A stretch of DNA of 64,000 bases from Lingula anatina (taxonomy: Eukaryota; Animalia; Brachiopoda), in contig CM120644.1 in NCBI GenBank assembly GCA_051362555.1, positions 10,748,567 through 10,812,566 of the forward strand. Direction: 5' to 3'. The translations under genes and the position numbers were made by a program. Positions 1 to 12,348 of the stretch are shown piece after piece; within the stretch, counting starts at the first letter, position 1; every line of letters begins with the position of its first letter. The notes under the pieces are model-generated. The model saw nothing but the letters and a program-made list of their open reading frames with translations, searched no databases and was not told the DNA's origin.

Positions 1-1460
1 ACGGATATTTATTGCTTTTTCATCATGTTTCGCGTGTTGCCTTTACAGTAAAAGTGAGCCTCAACGCGCACTGATTTTTGCACGCAGTTTAAGGCCGGAT
101 GATTCCCACTCTAACACCGAAAGCAGTGATATAAATAAAGGTTACCTTCAATAAAAGAAAATCAATGAAAATCAAAAGAAAAATGAAAAGAAGAAATGAT
201 GCGAACGACACTTATGAAGATTGTAAAGTCGCATGTCTTTAAGTAAAATATGAGGTACCTAACTTTGTGGTTAGCAATACAATGTTTTTTTAAGCTCCGT
301 CTTATTTACTGGCCGTTCATGTTCAACCAAGGTCGCAGGTACTTTTATATTACCGCCCTAGTAGCAACATGACTTACCGTATTTCACGCATTTATCATTT
401 ATACCACTACTACTACTACTACTGTGTACGAAATTTAGGCAAAGCTATTTTTCATTTGTCGGCGAATTTAATGAAAGTCCAACTGATCATGTAATTGTTT
501 AAAAGCATTTTGTCTCTTCAGCTGTCTCACCATTAATGCTGTTAAAACTGCTGTTTAAAGACCTTTGCGAACCAGTTTCCGGGCAGAGAGAAGGTCAAAC
601 CAATTTGTGGTTAAATTTGACCATTGAACAATCGGGCAGACCGTTGTTTTAATTTAGTGTCGTTTGTACTATTTATGTTCAAAGCCTTATCGATCTAGCC
701 ATTGGACAGAGAAACACAGTTGGAGCCTGCGGTGGGTTTGGAGTAATTGTAAATTACCGCCGTCTAGGGCATTGGCATTTTTTTTTTTTTTTTTTTTTTT
801 TTTACATTTTGAGAATGTGAGCATTTCAAGGTTTGACCCATTCCGGATGTACTATTGTCCTTACAGCAGTATGGACCCTAACCATATGAAGACTCATTTG
901 AGGGACGGAAAATGTTGCACCCAAAATTGGCAACTCCAAGAAAAACAATAATACATGTAACAACAGAATGTTGTTTTTCAAATTTTAGAAACCCATAAAA
1001 TTAAATGACCTCAAATAGCAAACACATTTAATATTTGAGCTACTAGTACAAGTTTATGGCACAGGAGAAGGGTAAAATGAAACTCTTTTAGCTTGAAATG
1101 TGAGCTCCCGCCTGTATATTCATTGACGGTGGACTGACAACAACGAAGTCTAGAACTTACTTTATATAATAAGAGGTACGTTTAAAACCAAATCGTTACC
1201 ATTGTTTTCCAAAACCCATACATTAAAAAACACGGAAGTGCAACAAGAATAATTCCCCGGATTGCTTTTGCGTGGTTAAAATTGGAGTCATGCTGAAAAA
1301 GAAAAACAGCAGCCAATTTATATAAATATTTACTTGAAATACATTCAGAAGACATTTGCTATTTTAAGACTAATGGCCAAGAGCTACAACAAAATAAAAA
1401 CAAGATGAAAAAGTGATATTAGTGTTTTATTTGATTTGATTTTATTCTCATTAAATTTAC

Positions 1461-1506
1461 CTGCGTCAGCATATCTGGGTATCCCTTGATTTCCGGTTCG
1501 GCTCAT
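1461..1506 (-). other. Possible first coding exon of a gene continuing off the left edge (MSRTGNQGIPRYADA|gtaaat)
   Basis: ATG at 1506, an open frame to a CAG|GTAAAT donor at 1460, and a CpG-rich context. No downstream exon could be confidently joined. Confidence 0.2.
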
Positions 1507-2344
1507 GTCTTAATTACGACGGCGCCATTAACAAGATAAACCGAAAAAAAACAAGGAAAAGAAGACAGTGTAGGCCTTCCATGCAAAAAAATAGCCTGTT
1601 GACACGAACTTTAGTTCAAAAAAGAAGGAAAAAATAGTGCCTCTCACCCCGTCCCATTGGGATTCACATTAGCCGATGATTGATTTCATTCTATTTGAAA
1701 CAAGGTGGGCTGAAATGTAGTCTAAGGCTCCTAGATCACCCCTTGATAAGCTGTTAATCCATTTAACAATCAGAAGTTGTTCTTAATGAACCGTGGTGAT
1801 TTTGGACGTTAACTACGGAAAGACGCGTGACGCTACACATTACGCCATTGGTGAGGATGAATCAACTTAACAACCAACTGGGAAACGCTGTTTTAATCAC
1901 CAAAACGAGACTGCATTACCCGCCAACACCGTCTCCTAAATAACACCTACCGCACTCGGTGTTTAATTTCGCAGTTGGACGTTCCTTTAAATTTCTCTTT
2001 GATTGGCTTGCAGTAACAGTGTATAATGTTTTGTTCAGTCAGATGAGTGTGAGAGCGTACTTGAGTACCTACCACATTGTTATGATCAGGTACATCAAGA
2101 TGCACTGTGAATCCTGATTTGCATTGTTTGAAATGTGTCGAAAATGAAGTAAAATTCCGTTTTATTCACAAAGCCAGAGACTTTCTTTTTAAAAGCAAAC
2201 TCTGCAGTTAGTTGTTTTTCTACAAGTGCCTAATACGCTTTCATGAACCGTATAGACACAAGTTTTGCTCTAAAGTAATTCTTGTATGTAAAACAATGTT
2301 AATTGGGTGCCACAGACGAAGAATTTAAATAAAACCTAGGCTTA

Positions 2345-2560
2345 GGGTGCTTTCCCAGAGATTTAGATCGATCTAAAGATTAAGATTTAGATCGACCTAA
2401 CTCCCTGGGGGTTCACGCTAAATTGCAGTCAGCCGAGCTGGCACCATAGTTAATTACCCCCTAACATCTTTTAGTAGGCGGGACAGACGCTTAAGCCGGC
2501 CAAGCTGAAAGTAATCTAGTGAGACTCCCCACAGGGATAGATCGATCTAAAAATCTACTG
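2345..2560 (-). mobile_element. Harbinger/Tourist-like MITE, family A, diverged copy in inverted orientation
   Basis: Reverse-complement similarity to 17665-17877 and 39308-39522 (tagatcgatcta, ctccctgggggttcacgctaaat, gtaatctagtgagactcccc). Confidence 0.75.
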
Positions 2561-3644
2561 GTGTGATATGATTGTCCATAGACGTACGAGTTAATAATCT
2601 AGGAGAAATGTTTTGAATGCGTTGTTATCTTTTTATCGGTTTCTTGGGATATCCATGAGAAAAAGTTGCAATAATGGAATTAAGAAGTTACCAAGGAATG
2701 TATAGCTGTAGCTGAAAGACGACTACGCATTGCCCCTATATGTTCGTTAGTTTTTTTTTTTTTTTTTTTTTTTTTTTTCAGAGTTGCATATTCTAGAAGT
2801 TTGCTTGTTCATTAAAAGTGTTCAGTCTATGGAAACACCAATCCTGTACTGACCTAGGGTCAGTGAACTACGCTGACCAAGTGTCAGTGAGAATACTCTT
2901 GGTGCGGAAGAGTAACTCTGTTATATTGTGTTACATCTAGATGTACAGATGCTGAGCTTACTTATACCGCAATTACGTGCACACTAAAATCGGGGCGTAA
3001 GTAATCTTAGGACCTGTGCTATATGTAATGGACACATTTTGGACAACGAACGCCAAAATACGTAATTAATCCGTGTATATTATTTTCAAGTGTACTGTTT
3101 GTAAAAGAGAGAAAATGCAAAAATTATCAATCTACTCAACGTACTTCCGACTTGAGATTAACACCCTTGGCAAGGACTTTGGGTTCAATTGCACCTTGTC
3201 ACACAGGCTTGAGATTTTTTTCGTGAATGTGACGAGCAGCAGTGAGGGAGTTCTAATGAATGTGATAGTTGTGACAAAGCAACGTAATCAACTGACTGGT
3301 CACCCGGGCTTTTAAGATTGTGCCAGGACTCCTAACCAAAATGCAAGTAGCACGCTGGCAGTAAATTAAAATTTAACGACAGGCGCTGTTGTGCACCATG
3401 TTCCTTTAAAAAAAACGGTCTGAATATTCTCGAGTCTGACTTGTTTCATAATGATAACACTGAAATGTATATTGATGATAATATAGATAACTCATTTTTA
3501 TTTATCAACAGGAGATCGATTTCTAACTATTTCTACGTGTTAAAAAATAGTACACACAGACATCTCCTGGACAGGGCGTTTCAATTCATACAGTTAAAGA
3601 GAAACAACAAGAAAATACCAGCTTATCACAATGTATATATGTCA

Positions 3645-4211
3645 AAGGCCCGGATCAAATCTAGTCCCATGCATAAAAAGTCCAGACCCCATGTTTATTA
3701 CGCCCTGGCTGGGCCCATTCTTTATGGTGTCTTTGCATTGTTAACAGCATAATGGGCAAGTTAAGTGACCAAGTTAATTGACCAAGTTAATTGGCCAAGC
3801 TGCCAGTTTGTTTGTATGGCATGTGCAGGGGATGTCTTCGATCAAGGCACAAATGAAGCCCATCTTTAATTTAACATATCTTTAGTAAATGTTACTAAAT
3901 TAATCTACATGTCTTTTCTTTAAACATTAAAAGTATCACCCTCTGATGTATTTTACAAATCACAGGTTATGAAATACAAGTATATCTCATTTGCCACACC
4001 TGTAAGTATCATAATATGTACCTTGATCTAAGTACATCCCCTGCACATGCCATACAAACAAACCGGCAGCTTGGCCAATTAACTTGGTCATTTAACTTGC
4101 CCATTATGCTGTTAACAATGCAAAGACACCATAAAGAATGGGCCCAGACAGGGCGTAATAATCATGGGGTCTGGGCTTTTTATGCATAGGCCTAGATTTG
4201 ATGCGGGCCTT
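3645..4211. mobile_element. Foldback element/MITE with ~200 bp terminal inverted repeats
   Basis: 3645-~3850 (aaggcccggatcaaatctag...ggggatgtcttcgatcaagg) is the near-exact reverse complement of ~4020-4211 (ccttgatctaagtacatcccc...ctagatttgatgcgggcctt). No clean TSD. Confidence 0.85.
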
Positions 4212-5024
4212 ATCTGACTTATCTCCCCTCCTCCCTATTGAATATAGTAAAATATATACCGGTAGATACATGTATTATATATTTATAAGAATAATCATGG
4301 AATAGCTCCACAGAACTGCATTCAGGTAATATGTACCAGTATGTATGTGTATGTAGATACATAAAACGTCGTGGTCTTTCAATGTATGCATCATTCCCGT
4401 GACTCCAGTGCATGGCACTAGAAATTTTTCCCTTTATTACAGGGTGCCATGGGGCCCAAGAACAAATTTAGTTTGGAAGCTCCTTTGGCACCCTTATAAG
4501 GCATCTTGATAAATCCAAAATGGCCGTCAATTCTAGTATAAATATACACATTTAACTCAACAATTTTTTTTCCATTTTCTGAATATCTCTTAGTGTGATG
4601 ATACAACTCGAGAATAGATAATATTAATTTTATTAAACAAATTATTTTCATGGAGTACAAGAAGATCTACATAAAATTTTCGAGATAGAAGTACATAGCA
4701 TTTTATTAAAAATCTGATCAAAGTATATCTCCAGGTAAGGGAGGGATAAACAGATGATCTCACTCATCCAGGTAACCCATTTAACTCAACAATAAAGCGA
4801 ACGGTTTCCTTCCAGGTACTGTATTTACGCACCAAATATTTTTAATAAAATACACAAATAACAGATTATAAGAGCCATCACATTCACCACTTACTTGATA
4901 GTCTTCTAAAATTTCAGAAATTAAAAGTTAGAAAAAGTAGTCAAAATTCAGGCTGCCATCTTAGAAAATGTTGATGATCGTAGAATTACAGAAAATCCCC
5001 TCAAAAAAAACAGCTACGGTCTAA

Positions 5025-6347
5025 TTATACTACTGGCAATGTAAAATTATTAACTGCGAGGCTGTACACTGTATCAGGAACAAATGGCTGTTGACGACGA
5101 ATTCCTAGTCGAAGAAGTTTTCTTATTTCTGGTTTTTCCCGCCAAATTAATTTTTTCTTAATCATTGGATGATTAGCATCCCAGTATTGATAAATAAAAT
5201 CCTGCGTTACTATGTATGAGTGGTTGCCTTTTCTCTTTGGCTGTCCTGGCATGCTAATGGTTGGACCTGGTTGGAGGTCGCCTGGATTATCCATCGCAGA
5301 TTGGCCTTTCAATATGGCTTCCAAAAGGGGGTTGGCGGTGCTGGGGTTGGAATTTGTTTTCAAAAGCAAGGCAGACCAGACATAGTCCCGAGGTTTTCGG
5401 TAATCAAAATACTGTTTGTATCTATCCTTTGAAACGTTTCTTCCTGAAATTGGGTTGAAGACATGAAGCGAGTTGCACTGAAATCGATAGCTGTGATATA
5501 GTATCGCCATCAACTGTTTAGCAATCCAAGCAGGATAAAACCATGATTCATAGTCCAAATGTAAATCATACGGCAGAAGAAATGATAATGTATCTCTGTG
5601 AAAGGCATTAAAGCACTCATCGAAGTCCCAGTGTAAATTCACGGGTTGATTTTTGTTGACGTACTGCCTCCTCATGTCCTTGTATCTTACATATCCAACG
5701 GCTGGTTGATAATACATCAAAAACTCCTCAAATCGCCGAAAAGGGTCTTGAGACATTTCAGACCATGGTTTCCAATTAACGTCACCGTCGGATCTTACCG
5801 ATAGGATAACGTCGTCATCCACGAATATATAATACTCATATCCGCCGTCTATCATCTGGACAGCTAAGTTGACCGCGTGCTGAAGCAAGGCATTTCTCCC
5901 GGCCAAGATTGACGTATTTGGTGCGTAAATGTCCCCCGACTTGTCTTCAAACGTAAGCCAGATGACGTCCCTTTCCTTGGTTTCTTCTAAACCTTCGACA
6001 ACCCCTTTTGTTGGGCCCGAAATGAGATACACAAACCGTTTCCCTGACAACGAACTGTAGTTTCTCTGCTTGACCACTACATAACTACGGCCAGATGTAA
6101 ATATTTCTGGTTCCAGCAAATTGATATCTGCTCCTATCCTGTGTGGTGCTTTTTTAGTCACTCTTGTTGAACAAGCTACGTTTACCCTATCGTTCCGTAA
6201 CTCAGAATTTACCAGAAGAATGCCAAACATCTGGCGAGAAACCAATACCAGGGCTACCATGACAGCTGATAAGATGAAGCAGAGCATTGTTCTCTTTCCT
6301 CTCATTTTTGCAGCAGTAATAATTATGTTTTTTCGCCGAAACATCAT
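5025..6347 (-). CDS. Putative glycosyltransferase-like type II membrane protein, paralog 1 (intronless, 440 aa; start may be a downstream Met)
   Basis: Long ORF with a basic N-tail, a single hydrophobic segment (MLCFILSAVMVALVLVS) and a stem. Motifs GRNALLQHA, YEYYIFVDDDVIL (beta-strand + DxD), FEEFLMYYQPAVG and DFDECFNAFH. Two close paralogs in the window keep the reading frame. Confidence 0.85.
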   Translation of the reverse strand: MMFRRKNIIITAAKMRGKRTMLCFILSAVMVALVLVSRQMFGILLVNSELRNDRVNVACSTRVTKKAPHRIGADINLLEPEIFTSGRSYVVVKQRNYSSLSGKRFVYLISGPTKGVVEGLEETKERDVIWLTFEDKSGDIYAPNTSILAGRNALLQHAVNLAVQMIDGGYEYYIFVDDDVILSVRSDGDVNWKPWSEMSQDPFRRFEEFLMYYQPAVGYVRYKDMRRQYVNKNQPVNLHWDFDECFNAFHRDTLSFLLPYDLHLDYESWFYPAWIAKQLMAILYHSYRFQCNSLHVFNPISGRNVSKDRYKQYFDYRKPRDYVWSALLLKTNSNPSTANPLLEAILKGQSAMDNPGDLQPGPTISMPGQPKRKGNHSYIVTQDFIYQYWDANHPMIKKKLIWREKPEIRKLLRLGIRRQQPFVPDTVYSLAVNNFTLPVV

Positions 6348-6716
6348 CTAGATATGCACCTGAACTTACATGGTTTAATATAACATGATGAAATGCATCA
6401 CTTTAATGGTCTTTATCACGCGATCAGAGTACAGGATGTGCATAATGTATACGGACGCCAAACCTCCCCACAGGCAGTCCAACGCAGACGAAATTCACTT
6501 GACTTTACGTTGGCATAAGACAACGATTCCAATATAAAACGACACTGCATATAACTGACACGCAAAGAAGATAAACCCCAGCACAATACTTCATTAAACT
6601 TTCACACTTGTTTATATAGATATATTCAACGGGGAAGATTCTCAGTGTGGTTAACCGATGTACCATCTGCGCTTTGCTTGTGACCCAGATACGTACATGT
6701 ACTATATATGAAGTTG

Positions 6717-6968
6717 CAGTGGCAGAATTAGAGGGGTCAGTGGGGGAGTCCTGCCCCTCCCCTCGGAATCTTAAAATGTTGACTATCTAAATCATATGGT
6801 TCTTAACTGTACCAAATGGGACCGTTTGCCCTCCAAAACACCATTTCTTCTGGCCTTTTAAGTGGCCCCCGAATCCTACGCCGAGGAGCCTAGAGCTGGC
6901 TTCGCATCCAAGGCCTGTCATTCCTTAAAAACCGGACCCCACTTCAAATAAACCTTGGTCTGCCCCTG
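6717..6968 (+). mobile_element. CAG...CTG-terminated MITE, family C, degenerate copy
   Basis: Starts cagtggcagaattagagggg and ends ggtctgcccctg. Internally similar to 21507-21798 (gtcctgccc, gtaccaaatgg, ggcccccgaa, cttcaaata). Confidence 0.7.
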
Positions 6969-7439
6969 CTTTGGATACTCATGCACACATCCTAATCTTT
7001 GTAGTCAATAAATAGTGAAAAATACATATATGCACTCTGGATCATAAAAGTTGACCAAGCTTTAGTCCCATGTACTTTTGTTTACAAGTGATTACATGAC
7101 AGCTGTTTACTGTTTTAAAGGGTGTGTTGTCCCACGTGAGCGCGAAATGGGGTAAAGAAAATCCAAAATACCGGTGAAGATATCCATGTTCATACCATTT
7201 ATTCGAATTGAAAACATGCATCCCGCAAGCATGACTTTCGACAAAGATTTCCACAGAAGTAAAAAATAAGGCCATAGAATTTAAAAGACGTCACTGAGTG
7301 TCATCAAATTTATGCACAATTAACATTAGAATGCTCTTTTAAATACACACGTGTCTTTTAGTGCGTGCATCTATGGCGTACCGCCATTATCACCTATAGG
7401 CGGCGCAGCATGCCTCCAATGAGGGTTTCAGATCTGTTT

Positions 7440-7440
<1 letters not shown>

Positions 7441-7480
<40 letters not shown>
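7441..7480. repeat. (AAT)n microsatellite
   Basis: Directly visible. A paralogous tract sits at 17302-17348. Confidence 0.95.
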
Positions 7481-7481
<1 letters not shown>

Positions 7482-8907
7482 TTTATTATCGGTTGAAGTT
7501 GTAAATAGAAGGAATTTTACAACGGATATCTGGTCAATTTTGACCAAGAAATTTGGTCGGGTATTGTTCTATTCCTCCAGGAGAACTTGACGGATTGTTC
7601 CAGATTATTAGGGGATTGATTCTTCTCTGCGTCGCACACTGTTAACTTTCTTTCAGTTACACTACAGGGTAGTATCAGGGGACACAGATGACCAAATGTA
7701 AACCAGATACAATAATATAATGTGATGTCAAAGATGTTAGTGACACTGTTGAGTAAAGTTAAGTACATGTAGCATTATAATAAAATTTTATTTTATTTTA
7801 AATCATATTTAAAATGATTCAGTATTGCAAACTCAAACTAACGTTATGTCCAACGGGGTGTAGAGGGAAAAGGGGGGAGTAAATTCATGCTTCTGAGCTT
7901 TTATTGGATCCGTGCTTATCAAAAAGGTATCTAACAATGCATTTAATTGCCAACCTGGTTATTTGATCGATAAAAGTCAATAAGACCAACTTTGAAATTT
8001 ACTTTTATTTTGTCGGATTACCTGTCCAATAATGTTTATCGTGGGTTATGCGCCTTTCGAGATTGATAATCAGTGTCAGGTTTCCCTCAATTGTTAGGTT
8101 TATATTGCTTTTTCTTTTATTGTGTTTGAGGAGCCGGGCGATCAGGCACATCTCATACAACGTATCTTTCATAAGTGCTAACTTTTCATTGTAAATTTAA
8201 GCACGTCAATCACGGGTAGTGAGTGCATTATTTTAATTTTCTTTTCCTTTTCTTCTTTTTAGGTTTTGAGTGTCTTGTGAATACCGTAGTGAAATAAAAC
8301 CAAGATCCAATGAACAACTTATGCCTTTCCTTGACTTTGCTGATCTGTATAGCCGTCGTGTGTTATATCAGTTTTTATCAAATACGAAATACGAAACTTT
8401 TTAGGGGAGTGTGTGGACTGTAAAAGCATTTTGATAACAGCCCGTTGTAATATGGAGTGACTTTACATTAAAGCCGATTATTTCAACACAATGCCATTTT
8501 ATATTGCTTTTATCCAGTTCTATATTGACTGTAGACCATTTTGGTAATAATTGTCTCGGTGCTGGAGAAAAGCCCAAAAACCAAACTGGCATTTTTCTCT
8601 TCAAAATGAGGAAAAAGCGTCACCTGCGCTAAGACTTAATATTTCTTTGGAATATTTGGAAGGTATATTCGATCTTCGTGAACAAAAAAATAAAATCTAT
8701 CTTATTGTTTTTATGATTTTGTCCAATTCGACATCTTCCCCTAATAACATAGATATGTTTCTAAATGATTCATGATGTCATCCAATTTTTATATTTAAAC
8801 CGAAAGAATTCTGAAAATGATTAAACTTTAGCCATAGCTACTCATTACACGTCATGTTATTGCCAAGTATCATCTTCGGAAACTCATCTACGCATCCTTA
8901 TTTTTGT

Positions 8908-9013
8908 TCAAGTAGTCAAATAAAATTTATTAGGTTTTGTATTGTATAAAGTATCAGCAACAAATAGCTGTGAACGACAAGTTCCTTACTACAAAAAATT
9001 TAATTTTCTTATT
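8908..9013 (-). pseudogene. Truncated fourth copy of the GT-like gene (C-terminal remnant only)
   Basis: The minus strand reads GTCRSQLFVADTLYNTKPNKFYLTT*, against paralog 3 GTRRSQPFVPDTVYNPKRNIFSLTT*. Homology stops abruptly at ~9013. Confidence 0.8.
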
Positions 9014-11082
9014 CTGACAATTACACCAACCACCATTTAATGGTGAAGAAGAATCTGATAGCTAAGAGTGTAAGCTGTTGTGAGTCCTACTTTATTACGT
9101 TCAAGATTGCCGCACCAAGTTACATGATGGTGTGATGCGCAAAAATACATAAACTTATACACTACTTTCCTCCCCATCATATTAAAAAATACATATCTGA
9201 ACGTCCACGATTCTGGGTAACAACAATGGGTTATCGTCTTTGAAAGTCTTTCAAATTATTCCTTTGTGATGGAATGATAGTCGGGGTGCTATTATGTGAC
9301 AGGGGATGGATTTGTCTTTTTGCAAAAAAAAACAGTTTTGTGTTTCCAAACATTGCTGTGTATTTTATACTTTTTAATTCTTAGCCGAAAATGTCACTAA
9401 AACTGCACTTAAATTTGGGACACAGACACAACAGCCTTTTTTTCAGCTGTACATTATGGAAAAGGAAGCTATCAAAAATATTGTCAGTAAACGATAATGA
9501 GATCTATTTTTGTGCATAGTAAACAGCAATTGTGTATATACATCCCATATTAACGGCACAAATTTATACGCTATTTCATTATACTTAAGGCTACATGTTG
9601 TGTTAAACAGTGCATACTTTCAAGCCCCATATTTTTTATATGTGTGCATGCATTACTCCATAAACGGCACATGTGAAGTTTACTAATTATGCTAAATCTG
9701 CATTATCAACATGACACATATGCACTTTACTCGTAAGATTGTACTGTGCATCCAAACAGCTTCAAAATACATACAACTTACGAATGCCTTGACAAAGTGA
9801 ACGTCACTGGTATGAATACAATATTAAATGCGAATACAGGCTCAAATATTCTTTTTATGATATAATGTAACCTGGAATGCAACCAGAACATAATAATATC
9901 TGTAAATCAGCCGTATTATTGCTGCAACATGAACAGTTGAATAATTGCTTAATATATTTATATTTAGATATATATTATTTGAAAACACAATTATAACCGA
10001 GTATGTATTTTCACCACCAATGACCAATATAGAGACTTGACATTTAATATAGAATATTTTTTCCAAATCATTTTCATCAGTTTTTTCCTATTTGCTGACT
10101 GATAAATGACAATAAGGATTAAAATCGTGTTTTAATAATTTTAATTATCTTCAATGATGTCATTTTAACATCAGTTCATTAATGGAATTCGCCAGAGAAG
10201 CAAACAAAAACACATTGCCTATTCTGTGTCATACGACAACCATTAAAAAAGATATTTTGGATCTCCAAATTTTCCAAATTATTGTCTGTAAAAGAGGTAC
10301 ACGCTCCACAAAGGACCCTCATGTCAGTGTCTAGTCACAGTAAAGGTCTCTGTTACGCCTGACCTCTTCTAGCTGCTACCAATGTCTTTAAATTCTCGCC
10401 AAGATACTCTCTGGCCAACTCGTGAACGCTCTCAAGCTTTTCCTTTAATTGTATGACGTAGCTATTTGGTTCAACATCACCTTTGATAGATTGTAAACCA
10501 AACGTAAAACCAATGGGCTGTCTCATTTGGACTTAATCGGTCCGCTGAACCATGAATTGAAGACTCCGTTGAAGTATCGGAGCCAGGAGGAACGTCGGCA
10601 ACATGAGGATCATTTATCTCAATCTCCAGGCTGAGCATGATTCAAGGGTAAAGTTACATTTTCTAATAAGGATGGATTATAACGTCTCATATATGCGATA
10701 AATTCTGTTTGAAATTTCTGCAATCCTGTCATTTTATAAACATTTTCACACAGTTCTTCAAATTTTGGGTTTAACTGTCTTATTTCGTTTTGCGTCATTC
10801 GTGTTTCCTCACAACTATTGCCAAATCCCATTTGAGCATAGAGACTCAATGTTGTATAAAATAGTTAAATTTTCATTCACTGGGCTAAAAAGTCACCATC
10901 CTTGTCGCCGTTGTGAGTTCTACTTTATTACATTCAGAATTTCAAGTCACGTGCTACCAGGTGATATGCAATACCTAGTGTGCCGCGTAAACAATACATA
11001 GACTACTACACACAAAACTACTCATCCAAAATTAAAATTAAATGAAGATCCGTTGGAATGAGAAGGATCGGCTACGGTCTAA

Positions 11083-12348
11083 TTATACTACTTGCAATGT
11101 AAAATTATTAACTGCCAGGTTGTACACTGTATCAGAAACGAATGGCTGTGGACGACGAGTTCCTAACCGTAAGAGTTTTCTTATTTCTGGTTTTTCTAAC
11201 CAAATTAATTTCTTCTTAATCATTGGATGGTTAGCATCCCAGTAACGATGAATAAAATCCGGCGTAACTATGTAAGAGTGGTTGCCTTTTCTCTTTGGCT
11301 GTCCTGGCATGTTAATGGTTGGACCTGGTTGGAGGTCGCCTGGATTATCCATCGCACCTTGGCCTTTCAATATAGCTTCCAAATAGGGGTTGGCGGTGCT
11401 GGGATTGTAATTTGTTTTCGAAGGTAAGGCAGACCAAACATAGTCCCGAGGTTTTTGATAATCATAATACTGTTTGTATCTATGCTTTGAAACGTTCCTT
11501 CCTGAAACTAGGTTCAAAACGTGAAGCGAGTTGCACTGAAATCGATAGCTGTGATAAAGTATCGCCATCAACTGTTTAGCAATCCAATTAGGATAAAACC
11601 ATGATTCATACTCTAAATGTAAATCATACGGCAGAAGAAACGATAATGTATCCCTGTGAAAGGCATTAAAGCACTCATCGAAGTCCCAGTGTAAATTCAC
11701 GGGTTGATTTTTGTTGACGAACTGCCGATCCATTTCCTTGTATCTTACATATCCAACGGCTGGTTGATAATACATCAAAAACTCCTCAAATCGCCGAAAA
11801 GGGTCTTGGGACATTTCAGACCATGGCTTCCAGTTAACATCACCGTCGGATTTTACCGATAGGATCACGTCATCATCTATGAATATATAATACTCATATC
11901 CGCCGTCTAACATCTGGACAGCTATGTTTACTGCGTGCTGAAGCAAAGCATTTCTCCCGGCGAAGATTGACGAATTTGGTGCGTAAATGTCCCCCGAGTT
12001 ATCTGCAAACGTCAGCCATATAACGTCCCTTTCTTTGGTTTCTTCTAAACCGTCGACGACCCCTTTTGTTGGGCCCGAGATGAGATACACAAACCGTTTC
12101 CCTGACAACGAACTGTAGTTTCTCTGCGTTACGACTTCATAACTACAGTCAGATGCAAATATTCTTGGCTCCAGCAAATTGATCGCTGATCTGTCTGTCG
12201 AGTGGGTCATTCTTTTAGTACAATTTTGTAGGTAATATATATTTCTGCATTCCTCCCCCATTAAGTTGTATGTCCGGACAGAAAATAACACCAGTGCCAG
12301 GATGACAATTGATGGGATTAAGCGTTTCATTGTTTCATATCTTCTCAT
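11083..12348 (-). CDS. Putative glycosyltransferase-like type II membrane protein, paralog 2 (intronless, ~421 aa)
   Basis: The ATG at 12348 (MRRYETMKRLI) aligns with the paralog 3 start; the track start at 12501 is a GTG. TM segment LIPSIVILALVLFSV, DxD motif YYIFIDDDV. Confidence 0.85.
   Translation of the reverse strand: MRRYETMKRLIPSIVILALVLFSVRTYNLMGEECRNIYYLQNCTKRMTHSTDRSAINLLEPRIFASDCSYEVVTQRNYSSLSGKRFVYLISGPTKGVVDGLEETKERDVIWLTFADNSGDIYAPNSSIFAGRNALLQHAVNIAVQMLDGGYEYYIFIDDDVILSVKSDGDVNWKPWSEMSQDPFRRFEEFLMYYQPAVGYVRYKEMDRQFVNKNQPVNLHWDFDECFNAFHRDTLSFLLPYDLHLEYESWFYPNWIAKQLMAILYHSYRFQCNSLHVLNLVSGRNVSKHRYKQYYDYQKPRDYVWSALPSKTNYNPSTANPYLEAILKGQGAMDNPGDLQPGPTINMPGQPKRKGNHSYIVTPDFIHRYWDANHPMIKKKLIWLEKPEIRKLLRLGTRRPQPFVSDTVYNLAVNNFTLQVV

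Larger units (their letters stand above)
7321..9013. repeat. Segmental duplicate of the 3' flank and 3' end of paralog 3 (homologous to ~17218-19460)
   Basis: Shared colinear blocks: gggtttcagatctgtttt+(AAT)n, ggttgaa[g/a]ttgtaaat, tatattgactgtagaccattttggtaa, gcgctaagacttaatatttctttggaatatttg, ttgccaagtatcatcttc. Confidence 0.85.

Noticed and set aside
2575-2833. Short inverted ends tccatagac...gtctatgga
   Set aside because: Only 9 bp of inverted match, no TSD and no second copy in the window.
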